64,000 bases of DNA from Balanoglossus misakiensis (Eukaryota; Animalia; Hemichordata): assembly GCA_040954595.2 (NCBI GenBank), contig CM082591.2, forward strand, positions 5,859,009 through 5,923,008. Direction: 5' to 3'. Each line of letters opens with the position of its first letter. The first letter of the stretch is position 1. Of the stretch, positions 25,901 through 52,325 are shown piece after piece. Under the pieces are notes generated by a model. The model did not search any database. It was not told the DNA's origin and saw nothing but the letters and a program-made list of their open reading frames with translations. Made by a program: the position numbers and the translations under genes.

Positions 25901-28900
25901 TGCAGATAAACTTGACGCCGTCACATCCGATATCAACCAAGTCTGTTTCCATGAAAGTAACGTTATGCATGGATATAGATATGTTCGGTGAGATAGACAA
26001 GGTACCGGAAGTGGCGTTGGTCGGTGGAGCAGTCACAAGAGCTGGGTCTCCCTCGGTAGTTTTCAGGTTCAAATTCATGCCGAATACATGGTTAATTTCA
26101 CTGGAGAACTGTGCTGTGTCCGGTCCAATCGCTATGCTAACGTCGAAGGAAAAGCGTTTCGATGAACCCATGACGAGGTCAACATTGCTGTTGGAACTAA
26201 CACTCACATCGAGAGATAGTCCGTCGATTTGATCTGAAGAAAAAAGGACAGCCAAACGTATATCTGATGATCCAGTAAACGTATATCTGCCAGCTTCATG
26301 TTCCATGGACAATCAATTTAAACATGTGCATCTGATACATTGTACAAATGCACTGCAGAATGCTACATGTGTCGAGTTGTGTATCTACAAGGAAACGCAC
26401 GAGAAAAATTACCCGGAAATAGTTGCATCTCTGAAGCTCTGATTACGAATAGAAACCATGATTTTAATTCTAACTCACGTGTACAAGTCGTCACCTCAAC
26501 ACAGTTTGTGATACACCAGTCTTCGTAAAGCCACAAAAGGGGGGCGTCCTTCATAGGAGAAATGTCGGCGCATACATACGGGTACGTTGCACAGACCATA
26601 TCACGGAGGTCGTAGGTTGCCATCAGGTTTTCCATGTTCACGTTGGAATTTGGAAGAATGACGGCCATTGTTGGCGATATATGATCGGCTAATACTTTCT
26701 TCGAGTGTGGATGCCCTGTTGCATTGGCGGAGAAGTAGAGCTGAACGTCGAATAAGTTATCCTCCATACTTGTGTAGTTTCCCGTATCATTTCCGAGGTA
26801 CAATTTAACGCCAATGCATAACAACTGTGATGTTCCCATGATTAAGTTCATGTCTGCAAACACTTGCATATCAATTGGATCAATGGGGTCTGCGAAGAAA
26901 AGATGAAAAACCATTATGTATGAACATGGCATTGTGCATTGAAAACTTTCTGGAAATGGGTTATCCGTGATTCTTAAGGCATGTAATGAGTATTAAATGT
27001 TCTGACTGACAGCTTACGTGTTTCTTAACCAGTAAAATAGAGTCACGCAAGTGATGATATGGTACAAAAACGTCACAAACGTACACACGTGGTAACCATA
27101 AGCTAATCATCATTATTGAACTTTTATATACTCACGAAGACAATCTCCTATCTCTACACAAGCAGTTCTCTTCACGTCGTCTGTCCACTGCCAAACTTCT
27201 GTGTCAACTGGATAAATCTCAACACAAATGAAGTTGGAAGGGTCGCACGGTATAGGATCGAAGTTGGCCTGAACATCTACCAGCACAGCCATATGATTAG
27301 AAAGTGTGACGTCATGTCCGGGTACAACAGCTGTTGTCCTGTGGGTCTGCGTTGCCCCCTCATCTCCTAGTGTTACGAGCGCTGACGTTTCTGTTGTATT
27401 GACAAGCACGCCGGTTGTTTGGTCTGCACCACTGGAAGTCCCAGTTGCCATCGTTGTATTACCCAGAGAGCTATTCGTGGGCGCAGTCTCTTGGGAAGCT
27501 GTCGACAAAACCAAGTCACCCCCAGCCGCGCTGACGTCAGACACGGCCAGGAAAGCGCTGATTGAAAACAAATCCGATGCAGTGCCCTCTACTGTTCGGC
27601 TGGCGTAAACAATCGGCAGTTCAACGTTCAAATGGAAGTCAATCTGCCGACCTTGCACAACATCCGGGATATAATCAGGGTGGACGCGGAGGGTAGGAGT
27701 CGCACTGATGAATGCTTCAAAGAGAAAGAGATTTGTCCACGTCATTTTGTGGTCGTGTCTATTTTACAGTTAACAATTATAATAACAAAAGTAACGTGAG
27801 TTGGGCAGTTAGCTGTTAAAAAGCAGCCATTGGTGTTACCAACACACAAGTAAAAGCTAAAGTCGTGTGATAAGGAACCGTGGCTAAAACTGGCCTACTA
27901 AGAAGAAGCAAAAAGACCAAGGGCAGATGGAAGCCAATCCATTTATATACGCACACGTATCTGCCATAGATGACAACAAACAGCAACTACACAGTATTAT
28001 TTCTGTTTAAATATATATTACAACTGGCAAATAATTGAAAATCAAACAAAATATTGTAGAATTTTGCACTGCACATTTGTGAAACACTCTGATCATCTTG
28101 ACCATGGTAATACTGTTGGTATATTTAATTAGAAAAGGAGATTATGCTATCAATTACCTGGATCCGATGGTTGTGGTGAATGCAACGGCATGGTCGTTGT
28201 CTCAGGATTTCCAACGGACTGTCCCTTTCCACCAAGGCCGAACAATTCACCTTAAGAAGGAATCAATGCATAACGATTGCCTGGCTAGGTTTGTATAATT
28301 AAGTACGAATATTTACAAGTTATCGTTTGATTCAAGATGTTGGGAGATTTCAAAGAGCATTCAATTTGTAGCGGAGAACTGTTCCAGGCTTTTTTATTCA
28401 GGATGCAGTAGTCTCGGTTACCCAGACGCCTTTGCTTCTTCCGATGCTCTCCAGAAAAGGGTCTGGGGAAATACTATTGAAAGCTTTGTAAAACAAAATG
28501 GCCGATGTCAGGATTTTGATCATCGCCTGATTGGCTGAGCTGTCAGTATGACCCAGGTCACTGACTCTCGACAATGTGTGATTATTTGTCGTATCTTCAT
28601 ATCAAGAGACCGGTACTTGTTGGTTGATGCGAAAGGCAAAAGGCGTCCTCTGTTAGCATTGTTGGAGAAATTATACGAAATATCTTTAGTAGACGATTGT
28701 CGAAACTATTGCAGTGACCCGGGTCATACTGAAAGCTCAGCCAATCAGGCGATGATCAAAATCCTGACATCGGCCATTTTGTTTTACAAAGCTTTCAATA
28801 GCATTTCCCCAGACCCTTTTCTGGAGAGCATCGGAAGAGCAAAGGCGTCTGGGTAACCGAGACTAAGGATGCAGCAGAAAGAGACGTATGCTCTTTTCCC

Positions 28901-31542
28901 ACAAATATGTTTGGCTAAGCGTTTCGCAGTCTCGGCCAACAGTGTAGGAGGGCTCGACCGTTTACCACCACCGGGTTTGCTGTGTAACGATTAGTCATTT
29001 GTTATGGGCAATATTAGCCTAAACTAAATGCGTAACCGTTGAACTGAACAGACAAATCCGAGGAAGGTTTCATTTCAACTTTCCATTGGAGTATATCAAT
29101 CGAAATACTGGAAAACGCACGGGGGCAGAACTACATCCCCATATAGGCAACCAGCAGTGATCTCCGGCAATTGGTAGAAGTCATAAAACTGCCACAATAT
29201 CGAAGTATATAAACAGCTTCATGGAAGGCACATCGCGTGACGCTTGAGACGACGCTATAGTTAAAGTCTATTCAGGCAGTGTACACTGATGACTTCGCTA
29301 TATCTTGTAAGCGCCGAACCACTCCGGGCTTCGTCTCTTATCCCCAGCTATTTAACATTAAACGGGCCATAATATCCATACAATGTGTTGCTACGCTACC
29401 ACCGTAAGCTTTACATTACAGCTTGATGACAGGAATCGCCAGTTTTATGACAACAATAGACACAACCGTGTTCGGATACATGGAGCTGAAAAAAAAACTG
29501 TTTTAAGACCTCACACTAAAAGCCGAGCTTAAAACTCTCCTAGAGGAAAATTTCCTCTAAAAAATCTCCTAGGTCTATGAACCTTGAAAGCATATACAAA
29601 GAGAAAAATGTTTTATTTTTTAACAAAACAGAATAGGAGAACCCTTTCTTTCGGTGGTAGCGCATAGACAGACCCTATTACTTGACACACACACTTGATT
29701 AACATTAACAGCTCCCTTGCGATACAACAATAGATGTGTTTTTTCTCTTTACGGTGTACCTTGAGAAATAGCACAGTTCTTGCCCGTCATAACACCTCGG
29801 TGCCATACCAACTATAGTAGCTTGTTTTCTTCTAAAAACCTTCATGACATATACCGAGTGGTGTTTTCCGCCCCAAGTATACCCAAGTGACGCGCTCCGT
29901 CCGTTGACAGTAGTATATCGGGTTTCAGCGGTTCAATGAGTTTCAAGAACTTACCGGCCGCGTCTAGAGTCAACTAGTGCTCGATGGTGTTGACACCACT
30001 TGTTTAATTCGTCTAGCATGATGTAGTAAAATTTCGATGTCTTTATTTCTTCACTCGTTTCACTCTCGAGTGCCGATGACAGAATACATGTACCTGTACC
30101 ATTTCTTGAATCGACTTGTCGCTGAAACCGAGTTTAGTTTCGTCAGTAGTCCTAGTACAGGCTCAAAGTTCATGGTTTGTGGAATTGTTCGCTTGGCTGA
30201 AAAGTACAGGACTTTGACAGCCGGCGAGACCGCGTTTGTCTCTAGTACTTCTACGCTATATTCTGGGGTGTTACGATCGGGAGTTCACGTTTCATCGCGT
30301 CTCGGTGTGCTGCGGTCTGCTCGCGTTCGTTGACGGTGCCCAGCCAGGCTAGTTTCAGTCGCTTGCACGGCGTGGGGTGAGCGGGGTTCCGTGTATCGCG
30401 GTCATACGATTGTTTATTGCATTTCTGGCAGAATTCACAGTACAGACCGTCATCAGGACGGCAATACAGCCAGCCGTCACGGCCAAGTTAACAACTCCGA
30501 ACCAACACTGTCGCGTTTGTTGTTGACCGAGACTTCGAAACGCTAAGCCAATCAATCATACACCTGAACGCCAAAGATTACATCTACTTCAAGAGCAGGG
30601 AAAGTTCTCAATGTACTATGTTTTATAATTCGCGTGATCATGCAGAGAACGTGCGGCAATCGATACATCCTTTGATGGTGTATGTGCTGGTGCAACAACG
30701 TGTACACTATCAAATTATCAGTCTCTGTCGAACAGTGGAACTCCAAACTCAAATGGCCAGCGCTGTAACGACGGTTTGGACCAAGGAGAGAACCATATGA
30801 TTTCTGGGGTGGACGGTTTTGGTATATCAGCATTTTCTTTCAGCCGCTATAACAGCATTTTGTTCGATTACAAGTTCACATTTTTTCTTGAAGGCTTTGC
30901 AGCAGTTTTTTTTCCTCGGCACCATCTGCCAACAATTTTTTTTTTTCAAAATCCACCATCTTTCCCCCGGAAATCCAATGGTTCTCCTCTAACCGTTAGT
31001 GAGATAGACGGCAAATTACATACCAATAAAAAGTCCAATCCCAGCACCAACGCCAACGAGTATCAATCCTGCGGTAAGCACGACTCCAATGACTATCTTC
31101 CGTTTTTGGCGTGTCTTGACATCTATCTGTGATTACAGAAGTAAATCAAATACAGGTACATATTTTTCTTTAGTTGGACCTGATGATACCTCGTGAACAG
31201 GGCGAGAGCTAGGCATAGTGAAAGCAAATTTCCTTATATGTGTTTGTGTCGCCCGAAATTGGACAAATCGACGCCATGCCCGGCAAATCTTGGTTTAAAA
31301 GGCAGTCGTCGTTTAGTCTGCGGCTTTAAGTATTCGTCCAATACGACCCAGTTTCTAGCAAGACATGTCGTTTTAAATCCGAATGCAGCTGTATATTTAC
31401 CACGGCGAATATATTGATATCAAACATTCATGTTATGCAGTTCTTACAGCCAGTTGGAATGCGAATAATTTGACGTTCCATATCCATAATCGCGCGTTTC
31501 ACTTACCTTATCCCTAAATGGTGCTACTTTATTGTTTTTCAT
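22941..31542 (-). CDS. Gene D: longest family member (~1021 aa), TM + stalk + 5 Cys-containing ~140-aa domains + propeller-like head. Exons 31542-31507, 31126-31024, 28250-28158, 27714-27136, 26889-26479, 26233-25805, 25655-25248, 24664-24257, 23539-22941
   Basis: MKNNKVAPFRDK/IDVKTRQKRK then IVIGVVLTAGLILVGVGAGIGLFIG; each domain on its own phase 1-1 exon; all GT-AG; open frame to the stop at 22941. Confidence 0.85.
24867..24968. mobile_element. Short pogo/Tigger-type MITE remnant
   Basis: Ends CAGTAAAACCTG...CAGGTTTCACTG|TA with internal GGACACCTCTCTA repeats; left TA not retained. Confidence 0.5.
28409..28865. mobile_element. 457-bp MITE with ~155-bp TIRs, TAG...CTA ends and 9-bp TSD
   Basis: TAGTCTCGGTTACCCAGACGCCTTTGC... 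/ ...GCAAAGGCGTCTGGGTAACCGAGACTA; AGGATGCAG at 28400-28408 and 28866-28874. Confidence 0.92.
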
Positions 31543-33323
31543 CTCGGAAGTGAAATAAATTCAGTTTCGTCCCCTTCCTTTCTATGACAGTGCTTCACTT
31601 TCGAGGAGCGTCTCTGACTTGGGTCGACGTCGGCAAGTCTCGCGAAATCAAACAAGTGCATCTAGTTTTATTCTCTGTTCTCAAAGTGACACGTAGCACA
31701 TTTTGAATATTGTAAAGACTTGGAAAGTTTTGAGGGCTATTATGTTTTTTGTCTGTCACCGACGGTCATACCACTTTGAACACAGGAAAAATAACTTTGG
31801 GCAGAAAAACGTAGCTAGGCAACAAAAATTTAGTTTAGAATGGTATAAAACGTTCATTTGTTCAGGTAAAATTATCTTAGTGGGAACCGATGGAACACTA
31901 TTCACTATTTTAAGAAAGAACATAGCCAAGTGTATCGTATTTCAATTAAGCTTACTGCCATGTGTTGGGTAGAATGTATGCATAATACATATAGCCTTTC
32001 CTAAGGTAATTGAATAGTTTAAATATAATCCGCTCCGACGAATAAGAAGATTGAAGGTGTACCGGTTCATTATTTTTCACTTTGTTCTTAGGTTATAGCT
32101 GCACACCATGCAAGAAGGTTTGCTTTCATGGGACCACATGGTTTGAAAGGGTGTTAAAAGTTTGCCACAGGCCTGCCTACTCGAGTTGCTCGCTTCATTT
32201 TGCTCCGGTGTTCATATATATGCGTTCAGTAATCTCCGATGTTCTTTTTATCGAGCCGCATTCTCTCGAAGTTGACAATTTTTAATACACTTTATAATAC
32301 CACCTTCCTAAATTTCTCTGATGTAGCAATGAAACTTAAGCTTTGCATTTTACGGGTTGAAAGGGGTGTTTAAAAACCAGTCCTTGTACCTCGTCACAGA
32401 CGTGTCCCAGATGTGCTGAATGGTTATTCATAATATGCCTGAGGTGTCAAATGTCAATTAACATTCAGGGCGTACTTTCAACCCTGATGTTTCTCATTTC
32501 CTTCAGGTTTGTGTACAAATCTGTGATGCGGCAATTAAAAGTAAAAAACCATGAACATGACCTAATAATAGTTCCTCTATGTCAGTGATGCAGCCCCCAT
32601 CTTATAGTCTGAATATCTGTCGCCTGTCCATCGACCGTTCGTCCGCCGTCAGACAGCAATCACCTTTTGAAAAGTTGATGTCCATGCAGCGTCGACTATT
32701 CACCCTGGATGATTTCAGTCAAATGTGTTGCAATCCTGACGAAATCTGCAGTATTGCATCTTTGGGATACTTTCTGATTTGGTCTCAAAATCTTCAACCA
32801 TTTTCTTCTTAGTACGCTCTTAACTGATTGCTTTTATATACTAGTATTGCTGTAAGGGGTCGGTTTACGATTTATTCAATTTGTGACGAAATCAGTCTTC
32901 TGTTAACAATGTATTCACAATTTTAGTCAAAATTCATGTTAAGATCTGCTTGACGATTATTTCCTAGTGATGGAAAGGTCGTCTATTGCACTACTGCTTT
33001 TTCGGAATCCCTCATAAACTGTACACACAACAGGCAAGTGAGTCGAATCTACATGTTGCCCGTCCATGTATTGATACACCAACATAAATACCAATCAGTC
33101 CATCCATTTATCCATCAAGATTATGTGTCTCTATTGTCACATGCTTTACTTCTCATACATATAACTTCAGAACACCATATGCTTAGATAGATATTTTATT
33201 CAGTTAATCATTCTAGATTACTTGTAATTCGGCATTATCAAGGAAACCCGCAACCAAGGAGAAATGTTCAGAATGAGCGTATAGTCTTCTCACGTTTCCA
33301 TGGGTAAAGTTGTCCAGGGTACG

Positions 33324-39496
<6,173 letters not shown>

Positions 39497-41890
39497 CTGA
39501 AATGCAATGATGTTAAACACGTTATGTAGTTAAATTGACAAAATTGATAAAACGGTCTTTTATATCGTTCCCAATTGTAATACTGTCTTTTCTATTTGTC
39601 TGTGCACTGAATGAACGAGACGAAGACTGTGGGTGTGTTTTACCCATCCAAGTCGGTTTGTTTATTGTTTGTTTGTTTACTTTGTTTGTTTGGTGCTTTA
39701 GCCTAACTGAAACCAAATGGTAAGTTTTCAGTAAAAAGAAAGTGTACATAAATTGTTGAGATAGTCGATGGCAATAGGAATAGGTGAATATTCAACTCAA
39801 TAGCACATGCCATGGGTGCACATCGGTTTGACGCTTGTTAGACAACCGGGTTTGACGTTGGATCCTATGAGTATCCATATTACCTTCGCCTCTACAACTT
39901 CGAAAAAAAGTTCCCTTAACTCAACAATAATTTCTGGTGTGTATGGTTATACCAATACAAAACGGCTGACGACTGTATGTTTGGTATGTACAACTAAGTT
40001 ACATATCACATACAAACCTTAGTGCTGTCGTTTACACAGATGATGAATTCGAGCCACCAAGCTGGTCACTGATGTCGAAGTGAAAACTTGTAACAACTGT
40101 TCTCTCGATACACTGACTTATACTATCGACATGACGCAATTTCATGTCCCAAAATACTTCCAATTAAAAATTCTATGCATGTTAATTTTTTTTTCAATTA
40201 TACAGGGATGTGCTCGTCATACATATTTTCGGAAGAGCTGGAGACGCATCTCCATCTAAACACAACCCGCAAAAGTTTCCCGGACTCAGGTCAGTAAACG
40301 TTTTCGCCAAACTAACTCCAGATATAACTTTTAATTATGACACTAGTATAAACCGGGCTGAAAGTTTCAATGACGTATTTATAGTTTTAACGCTGTACAA
40401 CAACTCATGCTTAAACATTTCGAAAAAAAAGTCACACAAGACTCGCCAGATGGTTAACGTTCATACATTTGTCCCATGGCAGCGTAGGTTTCCTGGTTTT
40501 CTTTGTCGTGTAAAACTATTGCATCCGCCTTAAATAGATGTTGTAACAAGAGACCCAGCGGCCGATACAGTTCCGCTGTGATACTCTGCATTATGAAGAA
40601 AAAAAATAAATGCACTAAAAGTGGTGACTTCTCATGAGACTGAAAACACCAGACAACAGAGCTAAGAGCGTAATATTGTTTATTTCTTATTATACGTGCA
40701 ACTATGACCACCATGTCCACGGGTCTGGCCATTACTCTACATGTGGATATATAGTGAATCAATGTTCAACCACACACACCTTCCATCCCACTTGTAGACA
40801 CGAAAGTGAAATGAATAATCGGTCATTACTATTTATTCATTTTGGGCGAGGTTTTACTCTGAGACTCATATCGTACAAGTAGGATGGAAGTTGTGTGTGG
40901 TTGAACGTTCATTCACTACACATACACATGTACAATAACATGGGAAATGTCGGAAAAGTGGACGAAAACAGCTAGAGAATATTATAGTGTTGAGCGTTCG
41001 TCCTTGTGAAATGGAGGCGTCGCTCAAACATGAACAAAATACATTTAGACAACAATAATCTTTTCATACAACAACCTGCCTTAGTAGACAAAAGAGTCAA
41101 ATATTACCTCGATGTCTGCATACGACGGTATGTACCACAAATTATATAAACATAATTCAAGAATTCACTAGTCTATTTTTCTGTGGCTACGTCTACAAAG
41201 CATATGGTAGTTATAACAAAATTTTTGAAAACCAATTAAAAATGCAACAGGACGAATAGGAGTTTCAGCATCGTAAATTTGGGTATTTTCAATTAACAGG
41301 TACAGTGTAAAACGGATTATTTTCGAGATAGAAAATGTTCGCGTATACCCGCATTTGCGTTTACCAACCATGTGTCCGTCTTTTTCATAACATTTTACCC
41401 ATCAATCAAGATATATATTTGGCTTGTGATTGTGTCGATAAATAAAACTGGTGATATTCACGTTAGCGCGTTTCATCATTTCTTGCGCTGATATCTGGAA
41501 AAGTTTTCATGAAAATTGGTCTTGAATGTAAATACATGTAAATGTAATCCGAGATTTTCCCCAACGAGTTCATTGTCAATACTAGATATTACCAGTGTTT
41601 TGTATAATATGTATTAAGCGGCGGTACAGTCCTTTGTTCGTGTTCGAACATAAGCTCGTAAAGTTCTGAAGTTCCACATAAAATAAAAGATATTTAAAAA
41701 AAGAATACACAGATGCCAAAGTCCGAATCATTGTATATTTATTTAAAAATATGATTGCATGATTAAAAGAAATATTTTCAAGGTACGGTTAAAAATAACA
41801 ATTTTGACTCATTCATTCGTACAACTTTATGAACAGAAGGTGTTTTTAACGCACGTCTTCTTTCTAAGTCGCGTGTCAGTGAAGTTTATC

Positions 41891-48899
<7,009 letters not shown>

Positions 48900-49801
48900 G
48901 GTCGTCGAAACTCGCAGTACCTAATAATTATAAGAAGAAGAAAAAGAATCAATTGTCATTATAGCACTAGGCGAGGGGAAAATAGTGGTCTTTGAGATGG
49001 GTTGTGAAAATGTGTCTGTGTGTCTACTGGTAACAACGAACGCGTCACCACGCTTAACTCGACAGTAATGCGATGATCTGTTAGTGAAGTCACCAACATG
49101 AATGTTATATGGTTTGCAGTACAGGATAATGACTAAACATATTTAGATGCGCACCAAGACAAAAAAAAAAAACATATTTTTTCATCCACGCGGAAGAGAG
49201 ATCTCAGTCTTGGCGCTGAAGCCGATTGTTGCCGAATTCATGGTATCGAGAGAGCTCGGCCAATGGGAAAATTGTCCAGCAATAATTTCCTCATGCGACC
49301 GACAACAAATATCTTCAAAGTCATGTATACTGATTTACACATTTGATGACGTGGTACAATCCGATTAAAACCAGATGTAGAGTACAGCGATTTTAATCAG
49401 ATTGCACGTGGTACTGTCCGCTAAGCTAACATTGAAGAAAAACGGTGAGTCGCAATATGGACACCCTATTAGACTGACACAATGAACGACATATTCTCCC
49501 GCGCGAATTTTACGATAGCACTCTCATTTTTTTCTTGTTTCGCGTGTTGTCTCGCACACTGCAGGTGGATGATTGGCCACCCCCGTTTGAAAATGGTGCG
49601 TTTGGGTCAATAGAGGTCAATAGTGGTTCGCGGGAGAGGTGAGTGGTACTTTCACCAGTAAACCCACTGGCCGGGGTCTTCTATTGGTTTTTGCTACGGC
49701 AAAATTTCTTGGAATCGACTACTGACAAGGAGGGACGCCAGAGATGATGTCTCGACGGGTCTGGAAAAACATAACTAGAAAGTAAAGAATTGTAAACTTA
49801 C

Positions 49802-49963
49802 AGTACGTGTCTTTTCTATGCTGTTGTGGTCGCAGGACTTTAGTCGACCGGGAAAGCGCAAGTAGCAATGGTGCTAGTAGGAACGGCTGCGAAGGTTGTC
49901 CGCTGTCGATGAGATCTGTGGCAGGAGTGTTCTAAACTTGCTGCAGATGCAGAGTCTTATATA
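49802..49963 (-). promoter_or_regulatory. Putative TATA box and non-coding first exon of protease 1
   Basis: TATATAA (minus strand) at 49963-49957; GTAAGT donor at 49801-49796; AG acceptor at 48922-48921 just before the ATG. Confidence 0.55.
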
Positions 49964-50899
49964 GTTTCCGATTACATGCATTTTTATTCCCAAACACCTT
50001 TCATCCATACCCCCCCCCCCCTTTTGTTTGTTGCGGGACACATTGGTTTCAATCACATCATGAATATTTAATCACCGTATTAGCTCTATGCGTTGGCCGA
50101 AATCGATCAACGCCAACTTGTGAAAGGCGAAATGTTAGTGGCCCATTATATCCAGATTGTATACGTCACACAAGCGAGTCATCGGGTGCGTATTCACGAG
50201 CAAAAGCACAATGTACGATTCTCACTGACTTGACTGTGACGTCACATCTGAAATTGTCATCTTTTGTTAAATTACATTCTGGCAGGAAATGTGATATCTA
50301 CGATGAATGCCCTAGTTGAATTTGACGTCACAGTAATAAGAACGCAACTACATGTTCACGTCCGAACTGTTCATGTCATACCACATGACATTCATGTTTA
50401 GTACTTTCAAAAACGCAGATCGAAAATTCTAAGAAGATACTGTAATGATAACACATATGCGTCATTCTAAATTTGAGAAAAATATTTCAACCAGTCCAGA
50501 TTCGTGGATTTCCGAGTTTCAAGTCGCTTCTGATTCGGACCCCGCGACATTGTCTATTTACCTTCCAATAATGTTAGTTTGTTGTGCTGTACTTTTTATC
50601 TTTTCCCAGAATATTTACGTTCGGACCATTTTTATATTAGCACTTTTTATGCTATGCCAACTTTATATCACGACTAAAGTCATGCATTGCTTTTGTTAAT
50701 TAAGATATCCAGCTGTAATGGCGGGCTCCTATGCTACTCAAGTGACAGAGTACAAAAATGTATTAATACATCGTCTCCACGTTGGTATGGTTCACTTTCA
50801 TTGCATAGACGTATGCACTGGGAAATCTATTACGAGGCTTTACTGCCGGACCCGTGAAATCTCGCGTCAGGGTGATAACGGGACGTTTTTTAGGACCCA

Positions 50900-52325
50900 T
50901 TGTAATTGATACTGTGAGAAATCCCCCCTGGATAACTCACCTAAGATTGAACCCGTTAACACCTTCATTGCAAAGTGCAGGAAAGAACGTGTTAAATTGC
51001 CACTCCTAAAGTTCCTGCCCTTAAGCATGGACCTTCTTGAATTGGACGGTACTTTACTTCCATTCGGGCAAAAAATAACGTGACCAGGCTTGTTAGATTT
51101 CTAAGTAAATATAGCTGCGCGTGTGTGATATATGCTAGAAAATAGGATATTTTGTACTGGGAAAGAACGCCCCCTCAGTCGTTTTTAATTAACACTAACA
51201 CTTACATTCATCAATTCGTATCTTGGTCGCACCAACGACGTCATCATGACGGCATCCAAAATACTTGTTAAACAACAAAATATCTCCCAACAGAAAGAAA
51301 TCAATATGACAAGAAGTTGTACACTGAAGTGGCATGTCGAACCACACGGAGAAGTTGACCTATGCAACAAGAGTGCGCTGCAATGTAACGACGAAACACT
51401 TTTGTTTTTATGTTTTTCAAGTTCGACACACACACAAAAAAAATATATAAAATATAGAATGGCAAATGAAAGCATATCAGTCGGACCAGGCGGCACGATC
51501 TCTTCTGTGACCATTAAAAAGCTTAAGTTTCACCGGATCACAATCCAGCAAGAGTAACAAAAATACCCAAAGGGTCAAAGAGACAATGTCTCTCTCTCGC
51601 TGCCCCTTTTTCCATCCCGTTTGTAGGATATGAGAGTAAAAATCTCACCAAACGAATAAATGGTAAACCTGGCGACTAGGTGGTAACCGTGACGGAATGT
51701 TTGCGAGGACTCATTGTAAATGATCGTGTGAAATCTCCCTGGGGAGTCTCACCTAAGATTGAAGCCGTTCACACCTTCCACACAAATCGCCACTGACCGA
51801 GTTCACGGGCTAACGCATGAAAATACTCGGGCAACGAGGCTTGTAGATTTATTAGTAGCTGTAAGTCACCGCTTGAGCTATATATAGTCGTTTGCTGCTT
51901 GCAATGAAAATAGGACATTTTTTTGTGCTTGGAAGTTCACCTCCATGTCTCAGAAGTTAACATTTCGCATAATTTGTTTTGGTTGCTGTGTTTCCAATTA
52001 ACACTGGCAGTCGTATCTCGCAATAATGACGTAATCGTGACGCCATTCAAATTACTAAACAACAACAAAAACACTCCCGATAGAAAAGAAATCGATATCT
52101 GACAAGATGGGATATACAGAAGTTTGTTTGCATGTTGAATGCAAAAAACGCGAGCTGTAATGTCACGACGAAACACTTTTGCTTTTATTAATTTTCGACT
52201 CAAAACCCAATTAACACACAGTGTCGAATGAAAACATGTAAATCTGACAAGACACAATCACTCTGTGGCCACGAAAAGTTTAACTTGATCACAACCCAGC
52301 AAGAGAAAAAAATACTCAAGGATTA
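50900..52325. repeat. Diverged direct duplication, unit ~750-800 bp, non-coding
   Basis: CTCACCTAAGATTGAA.CCGTT.ACACCTTC, AGAAAAGAAATC.ATAT..GACAAGA, ACGACGAAACACTTTTG and GATCACAA.CCAGCAAGAG each occur twice in the same order. Confidence 0.75.

Noticed and set aside
32579-32830. Coding-looking stretch (THAP or DUF3504 remnant considered)
   Set aside because: Key residues not in one frame; no splice or homology support
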